Both the position numbers and the translations under genes were made by a program. The notes beneath the pieces are model-generated. The model had not been told where the DNA came from. It saw nothing but the letters and a program-made list of their open reading frames with translations, and did not search any database. A stretch of 64,000 nucleotides of DNA from Vicugna vicugna (taxonomy: Eukaryota): contig MU062453.1 of assembly GCA_013265495.1 (NCBI GenBank), positions 930,001 to 994,000 on the forward strand. The letters are read 5' to 3'. Shown one piece after another: positions 48,167 through 58,238 of this stretch. Every line of letters begins with the position of its first letter. Within the stretch, counting starts at the first letter, position 1.

Positions 48167-51100
48167 GACAGAGGACAAAGTAAGAGCAAATGACAGGATG
48201 ATGTCAGCAGTGATGACTGCTCTGGGGGAAATAAACAGGGAGATGTATCAGAGAGAAATGGGGGGAAAAGGGTCTAATTTGGGGGCCGGGCAGGCAGGGT
48301 CTTGGAGGAGGTGACAGTAGAGCTGGTACATGCCGATTAAGAAAAGCGGCCATGGGTCCTGAGTGTTCCAGGCAGAGGAGGGTAGTAGGGGGAGGATGAG
48401 GTCGGAAGGCGGGCAAGGCCAGACCTCGCAGAGCCTTGTGGCCACGTGGAGGTGCTTGGACTTCATCTTGGAAGGACCAGGGTTTAAAAGAGGGAGGGTG
48501 ATCTGGTTTCTATCTTAGAAAGACCAGTCAGTTGCTGTGGGGTGAGCGGATTATCGGGAGCCGGGGTTGGGTGGGTACAGGGTTGGGTGGTGGGCACAGA
48601 AGAGACCAGGAGGAATGTCTTTCCTGCGACCACTCCATCCCTGGTCCTCCCTTCCCTCCAGGCCTTTACAGCAGGCAAGATGGAACCCATATTCACAGAC
48701 GTTGCCTATAACAACACCTACCAAGTCCCGGAAGTTGTTCAGAACATTCTAAAATCATCCCAACTTACCTTTTCACTCCTGAAAGAACAACGACCCAGAG
48801 AAGGACTTTGACACTGTCCCTCTGGTGTCATTTGTTTTCATTTTCTAAGGTGTTAATGAAATAGGAACTGAGCGCACACAAAGGTCTGTGTCCACAAAAC
48901 CTTGAAATGTGGCAGAATAAATCTGATAGTTGCGGTGGTCAGAGGGTGAAGGGTAAAGAGGAGTGAGAAAAGGAAAACAACAACAAAAAAAAACCCAAAA
49001 CCAAAAAACTACAGACACACAAAAATAGAGAGTCTTATTCAAGGTACATGTCCCCACCATGGCAACTCCTTAGAGATAAAAGGAGCGACAATCTGCTCTC
49101 AGCCCAGGGCACTTGGCCTTCTGCTGGGGATTGAAATGGGTAATTAAGGGGAGGGAGGAAACACAGCCTCAGGCAGGGAGCCATTGATTAGGAGAGGGAC
49201 ACAGATAGACAGACGGACACTGCAAGTCCATCTGCACTCAGAGAGAAGCTGCGGTCAGGATGGAAGCCAGGCTAAAAATACATAATTTGTACCTTTATAG
49301 CAAATCAAATCTTTTCTGCTCCTAAAAATTCAGCTGGTAAAGTGGGGACCAGATCCTAGATCCCACCCTGGAGACCTGTACCTCTTGCCTTGGTCCCAGG
49401 GAACTTGCAGAGAATTTCTCTGATTCTCTCAGCATGATTTTCTCTTTCAGCATTATTTCACATTTAGTAGTTTCTTCATGCCCCAGGCAGGCAGCAAAAT
49501 CCTCCAGTCCCCAATCCTACCTGCCTTTACATACTGCTTCTTAATTTTTCATATATTTATTTTAAATCATAAATAATAATAAATAATGTTAGTGTTGTAT
49601 CTTCCTGGAATTTCTCTGTGCGTGGGTGTTATTTCTCCTCTCACAACTGGAAAATTCCTTTTTTAAAAAACAGATATCTTGCTGTTCATCTTATTTTATA
49701 AACTGCCTTTTATATATTTTCCCTGAATAACATGTTTTGAAGCTCTTTGAAAGCCAGTTCAGATGCACCCAGATTATTCTATTGTCTGAACTCCTACTGC
49801 TTCGTGGAGAAAACCAAGCACCTGGGTTAGAATTTCGGCATCTCCACTTACTGGCTGCGTGACTTTAGGCAGAAAGCGCCTCTGAGACTTGATTTTCTCA
49901 TCTGTGAAAAGGGACCTATAGAAGCTGACCTCACAGGCTGCTGTCGAGCTGGAGGCCAGGTGGTACGTGCAGTGGACTTAGGACAGTGCCTGGAACCGGC
50001 AGGGCACTCGGTTAGGGTTGGCTGTTGCTGTTGTTCTGGATAAAGCGTGGTGTTCAGCCACTCCTCTTTGGGCGGGCAGTCAGATTGTTCCCAGCATCTC
50101 ACTGTTCCTGCCTCCTCGGACGGCTGTGGTCTCCGTACCCTTCCTGCCCCAGAGTCTGGGTTGCTGCCCTGGAGTATTGGTTGCTGCGCTGATCCTTCAG
50201 TTACGGGGCCACTTGCTGCCCCTGCGACCTTGTCCCCGGATCCCTATCTCTGTGTGTGGGTTTGTCTCACTTTGTGGCAACCAGGGCCCTCTTCCGGCCT
50301 CTTCGGCAAACCTCTTCAGGTCTCACCAGAGCTTGCATTTCTGCCACTCCAACCCTAAACCGTGGTCTCCAAGAACTGGCTACTTAAAAGACTGCATGAG
50401 CCCCAAGCCGTGGCCCAGGGCCACCCCAGCTGCTGCTGCATTGGGGCCCCCATCAGCTGCCTGACCTTTACATTCTCCAGACTTCTCTGAACAGTCTCAT
50501 TATAGACCCCAGGGACCAAAATGGGGATGTAGCTAAAAGGATGCCCAGGAGGGCGGGAGTGGGGCTCCTGACCTCGGAGGCCCAGATTCTGCGGATTTGC
50601 TGTTGATGCGGCTTTAACGTGTCTCGTGCCGTGTGAGCTGCCATGGGGCTGCTCATCTTGTGGACATCTGATACTGCACACTGGAACCGCTGGCCGATTG
50701 CCCTGGCCTAGAAGGTTGGGGCAGGTTATTAAAACGGACAGGTGGCCTCATCTTCTGGGATTTGCCCAGCATGGGACGATGTCAGGGATAACATACGCTT
50801 CTCTCTGGAACTCTCCCTTCCTGTCTATAAATTGAGAGAGTTAGACTGAAAGTTGGTGGATTTCAGCCTTCTGTAATCACCGTCCACACTAAGAAAGCTG
50901 TTCTGCATCACAGCCCAGTTCACACTCACGGTACAGATATTCACATGCGTGACAAAGGTTCTGCAAAACAGAAGACAAAAACACTCTCTCTCACTATGTG
51001 TTTCGCCCCCTGATATTTTCTCTTCTAATTCACTGAAGAAAAATGAACAGAAACAAAATACAATCCTCTTCTATTTTATTTAAAATGTTACTGGTCAGGA

Positions 51101-51619
51101 CACTTCAGTTGATTTTGCCTCCCACTGATGGGTCGTTGTCTACAGTTTGGGATTCTGGACAAGCTGATCACCAAGTCCTTTCTGGTGATGAGATGGCTGA
51201 ATTCTTTTTTTAATAATGATTCCTTTTTGCTTGAATTTAAACTTATTATGTGTTCATTGTGGAATCATGGCAAAATATCATAAAAGCACAATGAGGAAAA
51301 TTTTACTATTTATCTATATTCCCATTATCTGATCAAGCTGTTTTGTTTTCTTTGGTTCTACCAGTTCCTTCTAAGTCTTTAACTTAGCATGTGTAGAGTC
51401 TTGAACAAATTAAGATTATGTTGAATTCATAGATTTGGATGTTGTGGGTTTTTTAATATGGAGTGCAGTTTTCATCTCATTGAACTTCCTTTGCCAGCCT
51501 GCTTTTGGACTTTCTGGTACTCCATCGAATTGGCATGCCATCATTTAATTAATGAGCCACATAGTGATGAGTGTGTAAGGAGTTTCCAGCTTTTTCCATC
51601 TCATACAGCGAGCAGCAAA

Positions 51620-51818
51620 CTACAGTGGACCAGCGGGAAGCTGTATTTATAAATAAAGTTTTATTGGAACATTCACCACACCCATTCACTTTTGCATTGT
51701 CTACAGCTGCTTTCTCACTAATTAGGCAGAGCTGAGTAGTTATAATGGCGACCTTGTGGCCTGAAAACAGTAAAATAGTTACCATCTGGCCCTTCACAGA
51801 AGACAGTTGCTACCCCTG
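51620..51818 (+). mobile_element. MER58A
   Basis: gtatttataaataaagttttattggaaca...gagctgagtagtt...ccatctggcccttcacagaa...tacccctg. Confidence 0.8.
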
Positions 51819-53897
51819 GTCTCATTGATGATGCCACAAAGAATATATGTTTGTATCCACATCATTGTGCCATGTTTGGCTGTTTCCCGCCTCCTGAGGA
51901 TATATATTAAGACTATTAAAATGTAACTTGGTAAAACTCTGACTTGGTTTGGTTCCCAGAATGAAATATAAATGACTAGATTGAAATGAAGGCAAAAAAA
52001 GAAGAAAAAGACACTTCATTTTATTTAATCTTGCTCTACAGGCTGACCATATAATTTATTGCCTCAACCTGGACATTTTTTCAGTGTGAAAAAGAACAGC
52101 ATTAATAATTATGCCAGGACAATTGCATAATCCAGGGTGGCTGTGGGTCCACAGGACACACTTAATCATGGAGGATGCATGGAAAATTGTAGAAATTGTG
52201 TCTAAATTATGATTCTGGAGAGGGTGTGAGTTCTGGTCTTTCACTATCTGCTGTGTGACTCTGGACAGATCAGTGTGCCTATCTGGTCCTTCATGTTCTC
52301 CACAGTCATGCCAGCTACCTCAAGGCCCTTCTACAAGTTTCCAAAATCTGACTCAGGGTTGTTTAGGATTTTAAAAGGCATGTGTTGGTTCACAGAAGCA
52401 AACTGCCTGCAGGACCCGGAACCAGCGATGCAAACCTCATCTCTGATTCTCTCTCTCCATCTTGTCCTCCTATCAAATGGCTGCACAAGGCTGGAACCAT
52501 TGTGTCCTGTACTTTGGGGCTTAAAGCTTCTCAGTTTCTTAACAAGAGAGGAAAAGAGGCTTCTGCCTCCCAGCTCTAGCTTCAAAAATCGCAGGAAAGA
52601 TCTCTGATTGGTTCTCAAACCAGTCCCTGTGGTCAGAGATTGTGATTGGCCCAGCCTAGGTCACATGCCTATCCTGTGGCAAGATGCGGGGAGGGGTGAG
52701 ATGGCAGGTGACCAAAGCTGTCGATGGCCAATATTTAGTCCCTTCTGTCTGCGAGTGAGCTCATGAATGGAGATGGCTTTTCAAGAGAAAAAGAGCCAAT
52801 CACTTTTAAGTCTTGTTCATTGAACCTCTATAGAACTTTCTCAGTATGTAGAGTTGCTGTGGAGAAATTGAACAGAGGCAGGGAATTCATACCCGAACTT
52901 CCTTTGGGGAAAATTTCTCATCATTTACATGGGTTCCAAAAGTTTAATAGACATAGGAGGTATTTTATTCACTTTTAACCGGGGGTCCTACTAACTTTCG
53001 TCTCAGTAAGCATAGCCAAGCAGTGGTCAAGTGACTGTGTGGCCTCTCGTGCCCAACTGCCAAGGTCTAGATTCAAGCTTTGCCCCCGAGAAGCTGTGTG
53101 TCCTTAGACAACTTGCTTAACCTTTCTGTGCCTCAGCTGTCTCTATTCATAGGATCATAAAGATGAAAGGAGTTAGTATTTATGAGCTACACAGAATAGT
53201 GCCTGGCACATAGTATGAGCTTGGTAGACATAGACTATTGTGTTTGACGGATTCTGTGATTTTTTTTTTTGAGGAGTTATCTGTAATGTTAATTGAGGAC
53301 TCAAGTCCAGAGTGATTTTGGTCACTCAAGGACACAGGAATAGAGGCAAATCCAGGTTTCAGGCCTTTGGCAGGCAACAGTATTTAGCTAGAACCAAAAC
53401 CATTTGTTTTCTATTTTCTATTTTTACATTTTCATTACTGATGGCAAGTGGTATTGATTTTCTCTTTACAGTAGTGATATAAAGTCCTTTTCTCAGACAA
53501 ATTTATTGAAGTAGAAAACAGTGAGTGATTTTATAGATATTGTGACTTAGGACAAAGCTAAGTTTTATAAACATGTGATTCAATCTAAAGCCGATTTGAG
53601 GGAAGTGTTAAGTAAAATAAGTACAGGTGGTTTGGAGATGTGGTAAAAGGATGAAGGGGTAGGGAGATAGAGTCTGGATTCACAGATCTAGTTTGATATC
53701 TTCGTTGCACAGATGCAGAAATGGAGGCTCAGAGTGGGGACCCGCTCTGCCTGGGGTGACCCACCTTCCCAGTGACAGAGCCAGGAGGCATCCCTGAATT
53801 TGCAGCACAGAGGCTAGGCCATCCTTGTCACCTCTGACCTTGTCCAAGCCAAAGTTGGAACGGACAGTGATGAATGCCAGCACTTTGACGAGATCAC

Positions 53898-54386
53898 CTG
53901 GATTCATTTCCTAAGGCTGCCAATTCAATCCGTGTTACCTCCGTTAAAAAATAATAATAATTAAGTAAATAAAAGTAAATAAACCTAAGTACCTCCTCTC
54001 CAAAAAAGGAATAAACATTTATTGTCTCCCAGTTCTGGAGGCTAGAAGTTTGAAATGAAGGCGCTGGCAAGGTCAATGCCTTCTGGAATCTCTGAGGGAG
54101 CATCTGGTCCATGCCTCTCTCCTTGCTTCTGGTGCCTGCTGGCAACCCCTGGCATCCACTCACCACCTTACTCTCCCTTGATATTCTCCCTGGTGTCTGT
54201 GCCCAGACTCCCCTCCTTTTATAAGGGCACCAGTCTTTGGATATAGTGCCACCCTAATCCAGGAGGACCCCATCTCACCTCAATTACATGTGCGGAGACC
54301 CCATCTCTAAATAAGATCCCATTCACAGGGACCAGGGGTTAGGAGTTCAGCTGATCTTTTCAGGGGACACAATTTAATCCACAACA
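53898..54386 (-). mobile_element. MLT1B-type LTR containing a SINE half
   Basis: ttcatttcctaaggctgcc [SINE] catttattgtctcccagttctggaggctagaagtttgaaat...ggggacacaatttaatccacaaca. Confidence 0.82.
53924..54008 (+). mobile_element. 3' half of a Vic-1-type SINE inside an MLT1 LTR
   Basis: ttcaatccgtgttacctccgttaaaaa...aaacctaagtacctcctctccaaaaaag aligns with the 3' half of the SINE at 25207-25270. Confidence 0.75.
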
Positions 54387-54489
54387 TCCCCTACTTGGGG
54401 TCCCTGCCTGAGTCGCAAGAGGCCGGAGGCAGAGAGCTGTGTGCTGTCCCTGAGATGTCTGGGCTTTGGGAAAAAATTAAAACCACCCA

Positions 54490-54700
54490 AGCGAGAGAGG
54501 TCGGTCAAGGCCGCTGCCGCTCAGCTGGGTCGCATTAGTCTCAGTCTAAGACCGTGGCGGCAGAGCGCTCCAGACCCCGGCAGGTTCGCCGAGGAGCGGC
54601 CGCCGCCAGCAAAGGTCAGGGCTCACTCTTTACAGTATAAATATAACCCCCTTCCCAGCCACCCCCTCCCGTAGCCACACAATATCTCTTTCAAAGATCT
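54490..54700. promoter_or_regulatory. Small CpG-rich non-repeat element with a TATA-like box; candidate enhancer or internal promoter
   Basis: 14 CpGs in 54491-54606, AAAGGTCA at 54611 and TATAAATA at 54636-54643. Confidence 0.4.
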
Positions 54701-55999
54701 CAAAACACCAAAGCAGACCGTACCAAATTGACTTTATTATTTTAAAACTGGCCCCTTCTGTCCACCACCACCCGCCACCACCTCCTCCAGGGAAAAAAAA
54801 TTCATAAGAGATGACTCTCCAGCGGGTGCCTCTTGTTTTCTCTCTAATGGCCCCAGGAGCCCCGGGCGGCGACTCGCAGAGTGTGTCCTGATATCCAGCA
54901 TTTGTTTGACAGATATTTGGTGACCACCAATCTCATCATGGCCTCCAAGACTCAAGGGTCCATTTAGTGACAGGTGCTGAATAATCATGGAAATAGCTAA
55001 CATGGGGGGGCGGGGGTAGTCCCAGGGGCAGGCGCCAGACTGAGCCCTTTGCCTGCATTCACTCCCTTGGTCCTCACGTCAGCGCTTGTGGCAAGTTCGT
55101 TGCCATTTGACAGATGAGAAAACTGAGGCTCCAAGGAAGGAAGTCACAGAGCTGGGGAAGTGTCGTAACCGGGACTAGGGCTGGGACGTCCACTAAAGCA
55201 AGCAAGGCCTTCTCCCAGGTGCTGAATTTAAGAGGGCACCCAAAACTCAGTAATCAATGATAAATATTTTAATACTATATTTTAAAAAGTCAGTCAAGGC
55301 AAAAAAACCCCACGAAACTCTGATGAAGAAAGTATCAAGTTTTTAAATGAAGACAGACTGTTGACGCTTGTTAGTTTTACAGCCTTGCGTTATTATGCAA
55401 GTTGTTTCCAATCATCCACTGGTGGTTCCGGTGTGCATAGTCATGCGGTCCTGCCAGGTGGGTCTGGGAGGGCGTGCAAACAGATTTGGCAACTTTATAT
55501 ACCTGGGACTTTAGATATAGTCATGCTTTTTGCATTTACAGGGTTTAATAATTTTTTCCACTTGGTTCAAAATATGGAACGATATTTTGATAAAGGCACA
55601 TAGGAGCGTGCGTTTTTCCCTTGGCCCCAGGCTCGGCACTGACCGGGACGCTCCCCTAGGCAGCCTGGATCAGAAGTCCTTGTCTTTGATTATTCCCTTC
55701 TGGTAGGTTCTACAACGACGCACACACGACCTCATGTAATCCTCATAACTAAGTGTCAGGGCGCAGAACGTGGCCTCTGAACAGCCTGAGTTCCTCCTCC
55801 GGCTCTACCCTCTGATAGCCCCGTGACAGGCAAGCAGCTTTTCTGAGCCTGAGTTTCCACATTTGTAAGATTAAGATCACTGGAGTCTCTATTCATCAGT
55901 TGCATTGCTGTAGGATTGTTTTAAGAATTAAATGAATCAGTATGTGTAAAACCCTGACAATAGAGCATGGCACAAAAGAAGCGCCACAAGTTCATGAGT

Positions 56000-56025
56000 T
56001 TATTATTATTATTATTATTATTATT
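56000..56025. repeat. (TTA)n microsatellite
   Basis: Read directly from the sequence. Confidence 0.9.
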
Positions 56026-56034
56026 AAGTATTAT

Positions 56035-57200
56035 TGTATTTGTCTCCTATGGCTGCAATAACAAATTACCATAAAATTGGTGGCTTAAAACAGCACAAAT
56101 CTAAAATAGACTTACCCTATGATCTAGCAGTCCCACTCCTGGGCATATATCCAGAGGAAACTAATTCAAAAAGATACATGCACCCCAGTGTTCATAGCAG
56201 CACTGTTTACAATGGCCAGGACATGGAAACATCCTAAATGTCCATGAACAGATGACTGGATAAAGAAGATGTGAGATATACTTGCAGCAACATGGATGGA
56301 CCTGGAGATAGGCATTCTAAGTGAAGTAAGCCAGAAGAAGAAAGAAAAATACCATATGTTATGACTTATATGTGGAATCTTAAAAAAAAAAGACACAAAT
56401 GAACTTACTTACAAAACAGAAACAGACTCACAGACATAGAAAGCAAACTTACAGTTACTGGGGTAGAAAGGGTGTAATTGGGGATAAGTGGGCATTTGAG
56501 ATATGCAGATACTAACTACTATATATAAAATAGACAAACAACAATTTCTTCAGTAGAGCACAGGAAACTATATTCAATATCTTGTAGTAACCTATAATGA
56601 AAAAGAATATGAAAAGAAATACATGTATGTATATGTATGACTGAAACATTATGCTGCACACCAGAAATTGACACACTGTAAACTGACTATACTTCAATTT
56701 TTTTAAAAAATACTTTAAAAAAAAACAAAAACAAAAAATAGCACAAATCTGTTATCTTACAGTTCTGGAGTTCAAAAGGTCTCACTGAGCTAAAATCAAG
56801 GTGTCAGCCAGATTGGACTGCATTCTTCTGGAGTCTCCAAGGGAGAATCTGTTTCTCTGCCTTTTCCACCTTCCAGAGGTGCCTGCATTCCTTGGCTCGT
56901 GGCCCCTTCCTCCACCTGCAGAGCCAGCAGCAGTGGGTCGAGTCCTGCACACATAGCATCACTCTGATCTTCTGTGGTTACATCTCTCTCGTGCCTCCCT
57001 CTTCCACTTTTAAGGACCCTGTGATAACACTGCACCCACCTGGATCATCCAGGGTCCTCTCCCCATTTTAAGGTCAGCTGATTAGTAACCTTAATTCCAT
57101 CTGCCACCCACTTTGGCCACATAACCTAATATATTCACAGATTCCAGGGATCAGGATGGATATCTCTGGGGAGAAGGGAGGCGTTATTCTGCTCACCTCA
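56035..57200 (-). mobile_element. MLT1 (MaLR) solo LTR, probably MLT1C/D, split by the L1 at 56103-56734
   Basis: tgtatt...ggctgcaataacaaattacc...ggcttaaaacagcacaaat resumes after the L1 as ...ttacagttctggag...aaatcaaggtgtcagc and ends ttattctgctcacctca. Confidence 0.85.
56103..56734 (+). mobile_element. 5'-truncated L1 (ORF2 C-terminus plus 3'UTR) inserted into an MLT1 LTR
   Basis: Encodes the ORF2 C-terminal remnant KIDLPYDLAVPLLGIYPEE..KDTCTPVFIAALFT and has an A tail. 16-bp TSD aaaacagcacaaatct (56087-56102) / aaaatagcacaaatct (56735-56750). Confidence 0.93.
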
Positions 57201-57202
57201 CT

Positions 57203-58030
57203 CACTCACTCATTCACTTGTCAGTAACAATTATGTATGCGTAGTATATACTAGGTACCAGGTTTGGGGTCACAGCAGTGACGAAACAGATAGAAATTCC
57301 GCCCTTACAGCCCCTCCCGCCCTCACTGTGAAGCCCAGCAGCCTCATCTCCTTCGTGGAGCTGCTTGCCTTTGGAGTCCTGACATCCTGGGCTGTGGAAG
57401 GTGCAAGCAAAGAAAAAGCTAAACAAGGAAGCTGCCCTCAGACACCCTGTGATGTGCCTTACTTAGGAACCCACTTCCGTGCCAGAGTGGCTGGCAGTGT
57501 CCGAAGAGTCAGAAATGCTCTCCTGGCTGTTGTGACATCAAATGCTTGGATCCTGTAGACTCGTCAAAGCCAATTAAGGCCAATCCTGAGAAGTGGCCCA
57601 TGGTCACTGGCCAGGGTAAGAGGCCCAACCCTACAGACAGCCGCTGGAACAACAGCCACGGCCTGAACGTCTCAAGTGCTGCGGGGACTGCGTGGGAATC
57701 CGTGTGTCGAGCTGGCGAAAGGATTATTCTTGCCAGTTCTGTGAGATTCGTATTTCTTGGTGTGTGTGGTCTAGGGATTCCTTTTTTCCCCCAAGCCTGG
57801 AAAAAATGAAGGTGCCTTGATGAAGATGTGGCTTCATGGCCAATACCTCCCTAAGGGCGGTTTGGCCTGTCAGATCTCTGTATCCCCAGCATCCAGTGTG
57901 AGGCTCGGCACGCAACAGGACATGTCTGTTGATGGGTGAATAAATGCACGTACGAAGTTCAAAAATAAAACAAAACAAAATAAATCCCCACTGCCCTTGC
58001 AGAGCTTACATTCTAACAGGGAAGATATCA
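57203..58030 (-). mobile_element. Antisense L2 3' remnant split by the SLPI-like retrocopy (left arm about 57203-57300, right arm about 57982-58030)
   Basis: cactcattcac...gggtcacagcagtgacgaaacagatagaaa continues after the insert as ccccactgcccttgcagagcttacattcta. Confidence 0.7.
57311..57981 (+). pseudogene. SLPI (antileukoproteinase / two-WAP-domain WFDC)-like processed pseudogene in EYA2 intron 5
   Basis: Contiguous 5'UTR, signal peptide (GTG-KPSSLISFVELLAFGVLTSWAVEG), WAP1 remnant (CP..CQSGWQCPKSQKCSPGCCDIKCLDPVD), WAP2 remnant (PMVTGQ..RPNP..KCC), 3'UTR, AATAAA at 57939 and A-rich tail at 57961-57984, with no introns. The start codon reads GTG, there are several frameshifts, a TAG at 57464 and lost cysteines. 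Degenerate TSD: aaattcc----gcccttacag (57294-57310) vs aaatccccactgcccttgcag (57982-58002). Confidence 0.87.
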
Positions 58031-58044
58031 GGAGAATATTTCAT

Positions 58045-58238
58045 GAGACATAAAAATAATAATGAAAGTCAATTTCAGTGTCCACAAATAAAGTTTTATT
58101 GGCACACAGCCACTTTATTCATTCACTTGTTGCTTTCACTCTACAGGGGCAGAGCTGAGTGGCTAAAGCAGAGACCATGTGGCCAATGCAGAAGACATTT
58201 ACTCCCTGGCCCTTTATAGGAGTGGTTTGCCTGTCCCC
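58045..58238 (+). mobile_element. MER58 fragment
   Basis: aataaagttttattggcacacagccac...gcagagctgagtgg...atttactccctggccctttatagg...gtcccctg. Confidence 0.75.

Noticed and set aside
57328-57558. Functional stand-alone WFDC gene (76-aa ORF)
   Set aside because: GTG start, a frameshift after the first CP so the tail is out of frame, a TAG in the ancestral frame and lost cysteines.
57203-57945. dsRNA between the antisense host L2 arm and the sense L2 tail in the retrocopy
   Set aside because: By eye the two pieces are too diverged to form a long stable duplex.
6036-57981. All young retro-insertions being sense to EYA2
   Set aside because: Five are sense but the micro-L1 at 6036-6105 is antisense, and the sample is too small to be meaningful.
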